Positions 34,646 to 47,729 are shown, numbered from the stretch's first letter. The stretch: DNA of 64,000 bases from Blastocladiella emersonii ATCC 22665 (GCA_025594325.1 JANHCV010000003.1:1116001-1180000), one strand, 5' to 3'. Made by a program: numbers and translations. The notes: a model not told the origin generated them from the sequence alone.

Positions 34646-35784
34646 ATAGACTCTTTTGTACAGCATGCCGGTTAAGAGTGGATGCGCGTCCTCACCCGTG
34701 TTATGGTTCAGCATGGCAACCGGCCAGCGATGCCCCGATGAAAGCGAGTGCTCCCAAGCGCGGCTGCGTCCCTGCTGAACCCCGCCTCTGGTTGGGCGAC
34801 GCGGGATGGCGCGCCGTGTTGTGCTCGTGGACCATGAGGAGGCGGCGCTGGTCGAAACGATCATAGGAACCCTTAACATCCACGCTTCCAAGGCTTGTTA
34901 GCCACGTCTTGGGAGTACTATTAGACAAAGCTGGGACATTTTCATCGCGCATACTCTGTTCGCGGAGCTGTTTTGCTACTTTGGCCTGCCCGATCCACTT
35001 CTCGTGCGTGCGTGCGTGCGAGCCTGGAACTGTGCTCTCCCCCGCATCCATCGCAAGCAACAGCGCGGTGTGCCCTCGTCGTGGTACCGACCGTCGCGCT
35101 CACGAAGCCGGCGCCTGTTCGGTTCGCACCGAGGCGACATTGGTGGACGACTTGCCCATCGTCACTCAGGCCTCGTTTTCTGAGGTGTGGAGCGGAGTAG
35201 TCATGAGCTCCGTTACGCGCGCTCCAGCCGCCGCTGAGCTCGGCGAGCCCACGTATCGCTCTTTCCCGTCCCGTCCCGCCTATCTAGTCCACGCTGTACA
35301 AAACGGACATGTCTCGCAGACAAGCGGCTCTCTCGTCGTACGTCGATCGCTTCGCTGAAGAGCGAAGCTGCGAACCGCGGTGTCGCAGACGTGCAACAGA
35401 CGAGGCGACCCACGGCGAACACGGTGCGGAAGACTCTGGGTCTACCCGTTGATGAGTGCGTCGTCATCGATCTGGGCGAGGGCCGGGGACCGGCCGTTCA
35501 TGTGGTGTACACGATCGTGCGGCGAGCGACGAGCGACAGGCGCGCCGTCCGTGACGTCATGAATGGACGCGTCTCGAAATCACGTTTCTGTCTCCGCCCG
35601 GGCGCGAGACGTGTCGCGTCGCGTCGGCTTTCGCGAGGACCACTCGTGTAACCTCTCTCACTTGCTGCTCCCTTCCAACAGCCTCAGCGCCTCGACGGAT
35701 TCGAGCCATTCTTTCGCCCGAGCTGAGTTCCGATTAGACGCTAGCCGATAACGGCGAGTCCTCAGCCTTCATTTTGAGGCAGCG

Positions 35785-37778
35785 ATGGTTTCCTCCCGGT
35801 AGTCAACCATCATGGGCCAGACCAGCAGCAGCTTCCTGGGCAGTGTATCCAGTACCATCAACGACTCTGCTGCTGCTTCCAACGACGCCACAGTCTCCTC
35901 GCCGCAACCACGGACAAGACGCTGAAATCGTGGCACACGCTGCGCCTGCTCGACCCCGAGACGCCGCTGTGGTCCGAGGTCGAGGCGGGGCTGCGCCAGT
36001 GGAACTGTCTTGCATTCCACCAGATCGCAGTCGCAGACGCAGTCGAAAAGTCGATCCGCCCGTGGCCTGCGGCGGGTGGATCGGCGGTCGAGCAGGCCGT
36101 GCTGCGGGCTGTCGTCGCAGTGATGCAGGACACGCCAGTCGTTGACGACGACATGGCCGTGAGCGGACCTGCCGCGTCGACACCGCCGCGGAAGCGACAC
36201 TACTCGCTGCTGCTCGTCCTCAACCAGTGCCTCGCCGTCGCGTACGACGCGGCCGTGTTCGACGAGTATTTCGGGCTGCTCGAGACCTCGGACGACCCGC
36301 TGACCGTCGTCCGGGTCCTCGACGGGCTCGTCGTGGCGTCCCCGCCGCCGCAGCTGACGCCGCTCCTGCGCGACCACCTCGCGACGATCCTCGCCTACTC
36401 TGCCGCGGCGCACCGCGCGCTCCACGTGTGCACGACGGCGTGCCTTGACTCGATTGCGTGACAGCTTAACTGCAGGTCGCCCGAGGCGCTTCTCGACCGC
36501 GCCGCGCAGTACCTCATCAATACGCTGCACGCGCAGATCCGGTACATCAAACTCAAACCGCAGCTCCCGCACATGATGCGCGCCGTCGTCCGTGGCGCCG
36601 GGCCCGCGGCCGCCGTCTGGTTCGAGGACGCGGTCCTCGCTGCGCTCAGCCGGCATCTCGCGCAGCCTGAGCTGTGGAAGGAGTCTACCGAGGTCATCCT
36701 CGAGCTCGTGCACACGGCGACGGTGCCGTTCGGTCCCTCGCTCGCCAAGCCGCCACTGGCAGCGGTCGGGGAGTCGAAACCGGTGCTCCCCGCGCGGTTC
36801 GCCGCCGTGTCGCCGTGGCTCAAGCGGACGAACGGCGACGTGCTCGTCAACTTGGCGCTGGACGCCGAGAACCTCGCCAAGGCGGCGTCGCCGTCGGACG
36901 CGTTCCCCGACGGGACCGACGCGCAGGCCATGGAGACGGACCCGAACGAGGGCGCGGACCTCGACGCCGACGGCAAGTCCTCGCTCCCGCACGCCGCGCA
37001 GGTCCTGCTGCACATCCTGCACCACGCGCGCAACCTGATCGCGGCGGCGCCGCCGCGCGTCCGCGTCGAGCTCCTCCGCCTCGCCACGGCGACGCTCGAC
37101 AAGCTGTCCGGGTACGACCGGTACACCAACTCCGGGATCTACCGGATCCTGCAGGTCGTCTCCCTCGCGCCGCCGGCCGCTGGCGCTGGTGCTGGTGCTG
37201 GTGCTGCAGCGCACGCGTACCTCGTCGACGCGACGCTCGACTTTCTCGCGGCCGCCGCGCGCCAGTCGCCCGACTACGGCGCGGATACTGTGGTCCAGCA
37301 CCACGGCGGCGAGGTCGTCGCCATCGCCGCGGGGACCGGCAAGTCGTCGCTGCGCGCTGCCCGCGCCCTGTGTGCTATCATCGCGGCGGCGACGCGGCCC
37401 GACGAGTCCCGCGTGTCGACGGCCGGGACCCCGATCCAGCCGCGGCTCGCGCACCAGGCCGTCATGGCGCTCGCGCCCGTGTTCCTTGCGCCGTGGCAGG
37501 CGGACGGCGAGGACCTACGGCCAGCGGCCCGTGACGCGATCCAGGCGCTCGTCGCGGCACCGCGCACGTGCAACGCGGCGTGGATGGCGCTTGCTGTCCT
37601 GCGAAAGGCGTTAGTAGTCGAGGCGCACGTCACGCCGCCCACCGACGCGGTGGTCGCGGCGCTCGTGGCCGCGATCCCGGACGCGGTCGCTGACGAGGTC
37701 CGTGGCCGGGTTCGCCGGCTCGACACGGACCAGGTTGCGATACTTGATGGCATACTGGCCGAGGCGGGCCAGTCTTGA
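35785..37778 (+). CDS. HEAT/ARM-repeat protein, TTI1-like (copy 1)
   Basis: Likely introns 35799-35893 and about 36428-36475. LLDRAAQYLINTLHAQIRYIKLKPQLPHMMRAVV and PVFLAPWQ...AARDAIQALV...AAWMAL resemble the TTI1 mid and C-terminal regions as recalled. Start uncertain. Confidence 0.5.
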
Positions 37779-37903
37779 GATGGGGTGGTCGAAATACATG
37801 TATACGGTCAACACGTGAAGAAATCATCGCGTCGGCGCGGTGGCGGTGGTTCGTTTGCCGCGGGCTCGCTGTCGGCAGTGGCACTCCCTACCACATCGCC
37901 GCC

Positions 37904-39240
37904 ATGGAGCACACATCAACTTCAATGAAACATGACTCTGCGCATTATGATCCAGCGGCCGATCCGGGCAAGACTTCCGCCAGCGGAGTCGGTAACCACG
38001 TTTCTCAACCGGGGGGCGTCCCGTTCGAGCTGCTCGCCGCCGTGGTGCAGCTCGCGGGACCACGCGAGTGCCTTGCCACCGCCACTCGCGAGATCCAGTT
38101 CGTCTATTCCGATTCGGAAGTCAAGCGCGTCTGGACCCGCAGGCGCTTGACCTCGCAGTTCCACCAAGTCCTTGATAAAGTAGACATCGCGTCGGGTAAG
38201 CTTCCACTGACCGACCTCGTCGGCTACTTGCAGTGCGTCGCACCAGGCAAACCGGGCTATTCCAGCCGCGACTTCTTCTATGTAGCGTCGGACACCTTTC
38301 TTCAGCTCTTACAGCCCACCCGGGGGGCCGCCAAATCGGATCCGAAGCGCTGCACTACGCTCATCAATCCTCCTGAGCGCATGAACAAGCCGGTGGGCCG
38401 CCACACGAAGCTTACGCCGTGTTTCGAATCGCCTGGCTTCTCGCTGCTCCAGCTGCTCCTTGCCGTCGTCGCGAGCGGAGACGCGACAGCGGCCCGCAAG
38501 CTGCTCGAGGACACGTTCGAGCGAGCGCCCGAGTTGCTTGACGTGAAGCGCGCATGCTGGCACTCGGTCTCCCACGCGCTGTAGCTGTCCCGGTTTTCTG
38601 GCGGCGCTCATTCATGGTACTGGGCGAGCCGCTTGTCAAGCTGTCCCGGCCGATGACCTTGCTTGACTATCTCGCGGTTCTCTCAATCCTCGCTTGGAAC
38701 CCTGGCGTCCTAGAGGCGATCAGCGACCTCGAACTGGCGATCGACGTGCAGCTGTTGTTCCACGTGCTTTCGGAGCAAATCGATCTCCCTCGCTGCCTCG
38801 GCGAACATTTTCCAAAGGGGATCATGGCGGCTACCAGCGTCTCGCGCATGCTCGATTGGATGTTCGCGTTCGCACCGATACTTGGCGACCAGCTCCTTGA
38901 GTCAGGGCTGCTCGACTCGCTTCGGTTGCCGCACATGAAAGAGGCTCTCCTGCACGCTCTCGCTTGCTATCCGATCAAGTTGATTGAACACAAGCCGCCT
39001 GCCGTTCGCGCGGAGCTCGTCGCGATGGCCTACCAAAACGGTTGCGCCGGTAACCTCGTCAGGGATCTCGCGGACAACGCGCTGCTTGACGCCGACACCG
39101 TCAACTGTCTCCTGATGTACGCACTGAAGAAAGACACCAATCACAACTTGTCTGAGCTCCAGAAGCACTTGGTCACGGCGAGGGGCGGAGGCACAGCCGA
39201 TCTGAGGCTTACTGGGATGAGGAATGACACTGCGGGATGA
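37904..39240 (+). CDS. Accessory ORF pair (37904-38584 and 38554-39240), either one frameshifted or spliced gene or two genes (copy 1)
   Basis: Two overlapping protein-like ORFs in different frames; F-box-like start VPFELLAAVVQLAG; Leu-rich helical second half; atypical codon usage. Confidence 0.45.
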
Positions 39241-39303
39241 TTGTGAACCTTCGCTCCCTGGCGCTTCGGCTAAACTGGAAATTTTATTGTCATCGTCCTG
39301 AAT

Positions 39304-40050
39304 GTGTCGATGCAGTCCGCGCAGCCCACGTACGGCTACCCGGCCAAGGAGTACCCAAGCATCACGCCAGCGACGGCGGCGGGCGCGGGCGCGGGCGCGG
39401 GCGGGTTGTCGTCAATCACGGCGCCCATCTCGCGCGCCACGTCGGGCCTGGCGAGTCTCGCGGCGCCGCTGACGGACACGGCGGCGTACTGGGGCCGGCT
39501 CGGCTACGACACGTTTACGCGTGTACTGGGACGCGCACGTGTTCTTTTTCGAGCGTGTCGCACTCGCATTCCCCCCAAGCAGCACACTCACCGCACACTC
39601 CCCCCGCTCTCCTACCGAACGCGTAGGTACCCGCCGCTGCGCGCGTTCACGTACGCGTTCGGTGCGCTGACGGCGATCCCGAACCTCATCTTCCTCACGT
39701 ACGCGGCCATCTCGTTCTGGATCGTGGCAACGATCGCGACGGTTGGCACGCTCGTGGTCGAGGGCGGGATCCTCGGGTTTGGCATGCTGTTCCTCGGGCC
39801 GATCCTGTTTTTCTCGTTTTGGGGCGCCCTGATCGCCGTCGGCCTGTCCACGGCCGCCTTCTACGGCCTGCGCGCCTCGTCCATCACGCTCAGCACGGCG
39901 CAGTCGGTCATGGGCGACTCGGGCATTGTCGGCGGCAGCGTCGGGCTCGCCAAGAACGCGCTCGCCACCACGGCCACCCTCATGGAGAAGGCCGAGGCTG
40001 TGGTCGTTGGCCACGAGGGCCTGCCCGTGCCCATCGCCGGCCGCGTCTAA
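39304..40050 (+). CDS. Promethin/LDAF1-like lipid-droplet membrane protein (copy 1)
   Basis: YPPLRAFTYAFGALTAIPNLIFL...VEGGILGFGMLFLGPILFFSF, a long hydrophobic hairpin pattern. Probable intron ending at TAG 39627 (donor uncertain; the ORF also reads through). Confidence 0.6.
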   Translation: MSMQSAQPTYGYPAKEYPSITPATAAGAGAGAGGLSSITAPISRATSGLASLAAPLTDTAAYWGRLGYDTFTRVLGRARVLFRACRTRIPPKQHTHRTLPPLSYRTRRYPPLRAFTYAFGALTAIPNLIFLTYAAISFWIVATIATVGTLVVEGGILGFGMLFLGPILFFSFWGALIAVGLSTAAFYGLRASSITLSTAQSVMGDSGIVGGSVGLAKNALATTATLMEKAEAVVVGHEGLPVPIAGRV

Positions 40051-40553
40051 GCGCGTCGTTGGTCGTCGGTCGTCGCGTTGGTTGTCGTGCCGTGTCGCGG
40101 GGCTGCTCGGTTCCTCACCATCATCTTGTACCATATCATCCACCATCCCGTACGCGCGCACCCAGAGTCGAGGGCGGGGAGTTTGTTTCGTCGTCGTCGT
40201 CGTCATGTGAGAATCGGAAAACGTGTTTGTTCTGCTCGCCCGTCTCTACTCAATCTCAAGGTGCTGTGGCCGTGCGAGACGCGCTCGACGTGCGCGGGCC
40301 GGACCGAAAGGCTCGCTCGCGCGCCGCACGAGTTGTGCGCGGCGACCGCGACCCACCACTGCACGGTGGGCGCGGACGTGGCAGCCGTGAACTGACTGAA
40401 CGGCGCGGCGCGTGAAGGACGCGGCACCTTTCCATTCGCCATCGCGTCGCGAAACAAGGAATGAACACAAAAATAGATCAAATTACACGCATGGTTGAGA
40501 GTTTGGTTACAATGGTAGGTATCACGAACTGAAAACAGAAAGAAAGGAAAGAC

Positions 40554-41555
40554 TCAAGAAACAATGGCCGCGGACCGCAGCACAACGACAGGCACCACTG
40601 AGGAGGCGCTTGGGAGGACCTTGACGCCGTGCTTGATCGGGCGCGACTTGGACTCGCACAAAGGCACAGAAGACACCATGACGGTACTGGATGCACCACC
40701 CAGGAGGCTGCCGATGCGAGTCTTGAACGACGACCACCGCGAGGGAGCCGCGGACTTGTCAAAGTTGTTGACCAGCGTCTGGTCCGAACCAAACTCCTCT
40801 GACACAGGTGCGAGGTTCGAGCCGTTGTTGTTGGCTGACTCGGGGAGCTGAACGACCGCCGCTGCCACCTCCATCTTGACCTTGGGGTTCGCCGCGGTTG
40901 GCGACGCACTGCCACGGTGGCCGGCATGGCGGCGAACCCAGCGCAGCACTTTGCCAGCGGCACTGCGCTTCTTCTTGGTCGGAATGGTGGTGGTGGTGTT
41001 GGCGGGCGCGGGAACCTGGATCACGGCCTGTTCGTTGCTCACAATGAACTCAAGAGCCGAGACAGCTGACGCGGACGGCTTGGACTCGGCCGTAGTAGCA
41101 ACAGCGATAGCGGCGGGGGCGGGCTCGAAGGTGGCACGCAGGGCCGATACATGCACTGCAGCGAGCGCCGCCTCGAGCTTGGCCGCCGTCGCTGCGCCAC
41201 TGAACGCGGCCGACTTGACGGTACCGCCGCCACGCTGCTGAACGCCGTCGTCGTGATGGACAAGGTGAAGCTTGTCCGAGGACCGCGAGCAGGGCGAACG
41301 AGTCGCGGGCGAGCCGAGAGGAGACGCAAACTGCTTGAACCGCGACTTGAGAGTGCCGACTGAGGAGGTCGGCGTCGAGTCGACGACGCACTCGTCGATG
41401 TCGCCGTCCTTGGTGTTCTCGGGCGCGTTGCGGCTGGTACCGGTCGTGGAAGCGACCACGATGCACAGCGACGGGCGAGCCGAGGACAGCGGAACCTTGG
41501 GCGACGACGAGGTCGAGGTCGAGGTCGAGGGAGCGAGGGCAAGCTGGGAAGACAT
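40554..41555 (-). CDS. Orphan Ser/Thr/Ala-rich protein (copy 1)
   Basis: Intronless ORF from MSSQLALAP; C/G-biased codons; CATAAAA box about 100 nt upstream; T-rich 3' flank. Confidence 0.6.
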   Translation of the reverse strand: MSSQLALAPSTSTSTSSSPKVPLSSARPSLCIVVASTTGTSRNAPENTKDGDIDECVVDSTPTSSVGTLKSRFKQFASPLGSPATRSPCSRSSDKLHLVHHDDGVQQRGGGTVKSAAFSGAATAAKLEAALAAVHVSALRATFEPAPAAIAVATTAESKPSASAVSALEFIVSNEQAVIQVPAPANTTTTIPTKKKRSAAGKVLRWVRRHAGHRGSASPTAANPKVKMEVAAAVVQLPESANNNGSNLAPVSEEFGSDQTLVNNFDKSAAPSRWSSFKTRIGSLLGGASSTVMVSSVPLCESKSRPIKHGVKVLPSASSVVPVVVLRSAAIVS

Positions 41556-42331
41556 GGTGTGCGACAAGGGGGTCTTGTGGGGAAACAATATCCTCTCTGA
41601 AAGTCCTGTTGGAAAGTGCAGAGCGAGAGCTGGAGGGGGTCGGCTGGCCGCGTTTTATGGGACGATCCGCCTCTGCATGCGACCTCCCGACTTTTCGCGC
41701 ATCGACGCGCTCATTGGTCGAGGATTCAAAGATGAATACATGCACTTCCTGGAGGAGCTCATGTGATCCGTGCTGGGTGGCGCAGCAGCGGTCAGCAAAG
41801 CCACCATCGCGGGCTGGCGCGAACGCGTCGCGTTTCAAGTCCTTGCCGCGAGCCGGGCTCTTGCGATAGCACGCGCGGGTCCAGCTGCGCATCGGGACAC
41901 GGGGACACCAACGAGGCATGGCAGCTCGAGGGCGGCGCAGTCATGTTGAAGAGCCACTCGCGACCACGGGCGCCGCCCATGATCGCGACGCGAACATTGA
42001 CTGAGTGGGCCTTAAAATTCGAAAGAACCATCGTCCATGGAGTCTGCTCTATTCATCTAGCGCAACTGCTAGAGTTGCCGGAACCGGGGAGCTGCCGCCG
42101 GGTGCGGGGGCAGCAGACACAGTGCGCATACGACTTCAAACTAGCTCGCCCTTCAATCATGGGAGAGGAGTTCTCAAGCGAGAGGTAGCAGAATTGTAGA
42201 TCAAGAGAGCAACGGTGGAGTTTAGGTAGACTATAGACAAGTTTATACAAAAACGCGGCGACATCTAGTTGTAGCGCAGGCGAGCGAACAAGCGAGTGTG
42301 AGTGCGACATGGGCGGCACGGCACCCCTAGC

Positions 42332-43126
42332 TTAGCAGCAGCCGTGGTTGATGGGCAGGATCGTCACGTCGCAGTCGTTGCTGCTGTTGTTGATGGGCAT
42401 GATGTGGAAGTCGCTGCTGCCACTGCCGGTGCTGCAGTCGCCTGAGGGACCCCAGGTGGCCGGGTTGCCGCCGACAAAGCCGTCGGCCGAGTGGTGGCCC
42501 TGGAACTGGGTCTGCGACTGCGACTGGAACGCGTCGCCGTGGCCGTTGGACCACTGGCCCTGCGACTGCGACTGCGACTGGTGCTGCGCGGCGTCGCCGT
42601 GGCCGTTGCCCCACTGGGTCTGCGACTGGGACTGCTGCTGGGCGCTGTTGCCGCCAAACTGGGTCTGCGACTGCGACTGGGCCTGGTCGACCGAGTGGTG
42701 GTTACCCCAGTTGCCCTGGAACTGGGACTGCGACTGCTGCTGCGCGGCGTCGCCGTGGTGGCCCCAGTTGCCCTGGAACTGCGACTGGGACTGCGACTGA
42801 GCAGCGTCGCCGCCCCACTGAGTCTGCGACTGCGACTGCGACTGCTGCTGGGCACCCGAGCCGTGGCCGAACTGGGTCTGCGTCTGCGACTGGAACTGGG
42901 CCTGGTCGACCGAGTGGTGGCCCTGGAACTGCGACTGCGACTGGGACTGCGACTGCACGGCGTCACCGCCAAACTGGGTCTGCGACTGCGACTGCTGCTG
43001 GGCGCCGTTACCGCCGAACTGGGTCTGCGACTGGGACTGCGACTGAGCGCCGTGGCCGCCAAACTGCATCTGCGACTGCGACTGGGTCTGGACGGCGGGG
43101 ACGTGGATGGGAGCGCAGAAGGTCAT
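42332..43126 (-). CDS. 264-aa Gln/Ser/Gly/His tandem-repeat protein (copy 1)
   Basis: Twelve QSQSQTQ(F/W)G-type repeats; extreme CAG/TCG codon bias; GCCAAG-ATG context; upstream TATA. Confidence 0.85.
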   Translation of the reverse strand: MTFCAPIHVPAVQTQSQSQMQFGGHGAQSQSQSQTQFGGNGAQQQSQSQTQFGGDAVQSQSQSQSQFQGHHSVDQAQFQSQTQTQFGHGSGAQQQSQSQSQTQWGGDAAQSQSQSQFQGNWGHHGDAAQQQSQSQFQGNWGNHHSVDQAQSQSQTQFGGNSAQQQSQSQTQWGNGHGDAAQHQSQSQSQGQWSNGHGDAFQSQSQTQFQGHHSADGFVGGNPATWGPSGDCSTGSGSSDFHIMPINNSSNDCDVTILPINHGCC

Positions 43127-44660
43127 CTTGGCGGTGGTTGAGGGAGTGGGAGGCGGTGTGGTGGTGGAGGTTGGGATTGCCGAGTGTGCTGATCAGCTGG
43201 AAGAGAGGCCGGGGCGCGCCATGGTCTTATACTCTCTCGCTCACCGACGACTGCGACTCAAGAGCAAGTAGAAGTGGTGACGCGTGGCTAAAAATGGTCG
43301 CCGCGGCCGTCGCGTTTCAGCAGCAGCGGCGCCCCGCAGACCTCGACCGCTCACCGCAAGGCGCGCAGCGGTTCGCGGTCGGCAGCTTCACCTCTCTCGT
43401 GTGGGCTCGCTGCGGATGCGCAGCGGCTCACTGCTCGCCCAAGTTCACAAGTTCCCGTAGCCTCGACCCGCCGCGAACAGCCGAGGGTGAGCCGGCCAAC
43501 GCCGTTTCAACTCGGTCGGCGTTGCCCTCAGGACAGTGGCGCAGTCCACGGCGATGATCCATTCGATTCCATTGCATGGAGTGCATCGCTTCATTGTAGT
43601 GGGCGAGCAAGGGCGCAAGGGAGCGGTGGCGGCGTTCGCGAAGGCGAGACCAAGCGATCAGCGCTGTCTCGCTCCGCTCACGTGTTTGTTCGACGCGTCT
43701 CCACTTCTCCGTGTTCTTGCACGGTCGAGGCACGAGACAGGAGTGATAGAGACAACAAACGAGATGTAGTTTAATCGCACAGATCGCGGCCAACTGACGG
43801 TGCGGCTCGGTAGCACGCGTCGTCGCGCCCGCTTGAGCCCGCCCCCGCCGTCGCCTCGCTCGGGACGGCCAAGGACCGGCTCGCCGACTGTCGCGCGCGT
43901 CCCACGCTGCGCCGCGAGAGGGTCAAGTTGAGGTGGATGAGGTCAGAACGAGGAACGGGTCCCGATTAATGGGAACTGCGACACCGCCGCCACGACGCAC
44001 TACTTGGGATGCACCCAAGGTCGCTGCCCCACTCACCCCCAAGCGCGGCGAAACCACCCACAACCCAGCTCCATCCAGCCTGCTCCCTCGAGGTTGACAC
44101 CGACCCTAGTCGACCAGCAGAGAGAGTCCCATACTCGCAGCGGTGACGCACCAGCGGTCCGGCTACTCGCTTGGCGAGGTCACTGCGCGGGACGGGTGAT
44201 GCGGCACATGCGTCGAGGACTCTTCGCGGCGCGATCCAGGAGACGATGTCGAGTCGGAGAGACAGCGGACAAGGGAGCGATTGGGTAAGCGACCAGATTT
44301 GGACGATGGATGCGCGCAAGAGGTGAGGGGGCAGCAGCCGACTGCGAGAGCGGCACACCTCGGATGTACCCGTTTTGCACGCCGCAGGTAGGCTGATACA
44401 ATGGGTTGGCTTCCCGGACGGGATGCGAGGGAAACACAAAGGAGATGGAGGAGGAAGGGGTGGATTGCGATGCAGGAGCTGTACGGGGGCGGCGATCAGC
44501 ACGCGCGAGTGAAGTGCGAGAGTGGGTCGACGTGTACCAGACCGGCAATGTTGGACGAGAGGAGCAGCGTGTCGATGTTGTAGATGGCCATGGTCGAGAC
44601 GCGGAGCGAGCGCGGGGTGAATGTTCTTGGGTGTAGTAGCAGCGAGAAGGCGACGCTGGT

Positions 44661-47600
44661 CTGTGTGTTTGAGAGGTGAACAAACAAGAGTCAGCGAGTA
44701 GCACTCGGGATGCGGGTTGGGGATGGGTCGTACCGAGTCCCAAAGTAGTCGACGAGTTGAGGTACCCGACGGCCCACCTCGAGCGCGGGTACTTGAGCCG
44801 CACGAGCACACGCGGCACCGTTGAGGACCTGATCGGCCGCGGCGCTGGTGGTGGTTGATCTCTCGAGTCGGCAGCGTGTACCAGAGCCCGACGAGATGTC
44901 GAGGCTGTCGTAGCTACACGAAGCGGCGGCGTGAGCACGCGATTGGTCGACCGTAGCGCGAGCAGGGCGTACGAGCGCTGACAAACCCTTGATGATCACT
45001 GTGGACCGCCGAGAGCATCGAGCTGCGACACGACCTCCTTGAGCAGCGTGTACGAGCGCTTGTTGAGGACTCGGTCGGCCGTCGTGACTGACGTCGCACG
45101 GCGACATGCCCGTGTTGGAGAGCCCGACGAGATGTTGAAGCCGAGTCGGCCACGGAATCGACGTGGACGAGAACAGCTTGCGCGCACGCGTGGTCACGAT
45201 GACGATGTCGTGGCCCTGGTCGTGTGGCACCTACGCGAAACGGCAGTGTGAACACGCGATTGATCGACCGCAGCGACAGCAGAACGTACGAGTGCTGAGA
45301 AAACCCTCGATGATCACCATGGACCGCCAATAGAACCCGAGTCGCGGCTGCTGCCGCCGATCAGGCGCGCGAGAGCGTGAAGGCGACTCGACTCGGCCGC
45401 CGCGTTGATGTTGCAGCACCACGCCATGTTGATGGCCTGGCGTTGCCGAGCTCGGCCAGACTTGGGGTTGATGCGTCACGGCGACTACACGATGCACGAG
45501 TCAGCTACGAGGTTTCGTTTGCAGGAGCACACGTTGCAAAGTACCGAGAATGTACGCCCAGCTGGCGCGAGAATGGTCGGCGACCATGTGCGCCGCGTCG
45601 GCGACGTGCGCCAGAGCCCGACGAGGTGTTGAAGCTGCCGAACCGCCGCTGAGTCAATCTGGACACCGACGAGGTCATGTCGCGCGCGCGAGGTGACGAT
45701 CGTGATGTGGTTCCACCCGTTCTGTGATGGCTACACGAGGCAAACGGGTGAACACGCGATCGGCAACCACGCTCGGATCAGGACATACGAACGCTGGAGC
45801 GTTACCCCCTTGGTTACCGTGAACCGCGCGAGTCTCGAGCTGTGGCTGCCGTCGATCAGGTGCACGGGAGCGCAACGTCGAGCTGGTCCTCGATCCCGAC
45901 TCGATGATGAGGAGAAACCGCCGCCACTTGATCAGTGCGGGCGCGGACGAGAAGAAGTTGCGCGCGCGCACTCGAGGCCTTGATGATGGTGTCGTGGTGG
46001 CGCGACGACTACACGAAGCAGCGATGTGAGCATGCAATCAGTCGACCGCGGCGACGGCGGAACGTACAAATGCCGACAAAGTCCTTGACAATCACCGCCG
46101 AGCGCCGAGCGCCGAAAGCGTTGAGCCGCGTCTGCCGCCGATGAGGTTCAAGAGTGTGGTGGCGACCCAGCTGCTGCGTCGATGGCACGGCGCGACGTCG
46201 CCGTACATGGTCGCGCGAGTGGATCGACCCACCACGGTGGCCACGAGGCCATGAAGGTGAGGAGCTCGTCGGGCGCGAGTAGGTGAGACACAGCTGCGCG
46301 TCAGGCGGCCGAGGACTCGGTCGGCCTTGGTGACGGTGATGGTGATGGATGGCGCCGCGTGGTGCACGCGCGGGCTGGAGCCCGACAAGAAGGAGAGGGA
46401 GAAGACGAGCAGCTGCGGGATCGACGCGGATCAGAACGTTGCGCACGCGCGTTCTTCTGGTCGTGCGGTGGCTACACAAGGCAAAGGAGGTGAGTGAACA
46501 CGCGATTGGCAAGCTGCGCGGACATGGGGACGTACGATTGCTGAAGTCGAGCCCCTTGACCACTGTGAACTGCACGAACGCCGAGCCCTGGACGCCGTGG
46601 ATCGGAATGAGAAGACGCGATGGCGAACTCGACGATGCATAGACGGTACGGTGGGGCGCCGCCGAGCTTGGCCAGGCTCGCACGTCGACCTGTCGCGGCG
46701 GCCGCGAGAGCATGAAGAAGGCGAGGAGCTCCTTGCGCGCGCGGGCACTTGAGCTGCGTGTGGTGGAGCCCGACGAGAACTTGTCGCGCGCGGGAGGCGA
46801 CAATCGTGACCATGGTCACGAACGGTCGCGCGGTGGCTACACAAAGCGAAAGGGTGAACACGCGATCGGTCAACTACGCCAAAATGAGAACGTACGATGG
46901 CTGAAGTTGAGCTCCTTGACCACCGAAAACCACGCGATCGTCGAGCCCCGGACACCGTCTATCAGGGCACGAGAAGACGCAATGGCGCGTTCGGCGACGC
47001 GTCGACAGCACGGCGGGGCGGCGCCGACCTTGGCCGAGCTCGTAGGTCGCTTCGTTGCGGCGGCCACGGGCATGATGATGACGAGGAGCTCCTTGCGCGC
47101 GAGCGCTTGAGCAGCGAGTGCGCGGCCATGACCATGATGATATGATGATGGCGAGGAGCGCCTCGATCGCGCGCGTACTTGAGCAGCGGGTGTACGTGTC
47201 ATAGGGGAACTTGGTCGGCCTTGGTGATGGTGGTAGTGGTTGGCGCCGCGCGTGTCGCCGCGCGTACTTGAACCCGACGAGATGGCGAGGCCGAGCCGTC
47301 ACTGGATCGCCGACGCGGTAACAGCCGAGAGAATACGTCGCGCGCGTGAGGTCGTGATGGCGCCGTGGTAGTGCTGCGGCTACACGAGGCAGAAGAGTGA
47401 GTATGGGAACGGCCAGCTGCCCAGAGATCAGGTCGTACGAAGGCCGAACCCGAACTACTTGGGCGCCGCGAACTGCACGAGCGTCGAGCCGTGGACGCCG
47501 TCGATCAGGCGCGCGAGAGCGTGACGTCGCCGAGCTAGTAGCCGAGCATGGCCGGGCGAGTAGGTCGATCCGTCACGGCGGTCACAAGCATGACGTGGTC

Positions 47601-47729
47601 GAGAGGAGAGCGAGCAGGAGGAGAGGAACGAGATGCGAAAGCTCGAGCTCTACACAAGAATTACGGGCGGGATGGCACGAGGATAACAAACGGGAGTCAG
47701 CAACACGATCATATTGTTGTTGCTGGTAC
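44661..47729 (-). pseudogene. Decayed tandem array of exon-intron cassettes (copy 1)
   Basis: Exact mirror of 51118-54186. Confidence 0.7.
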
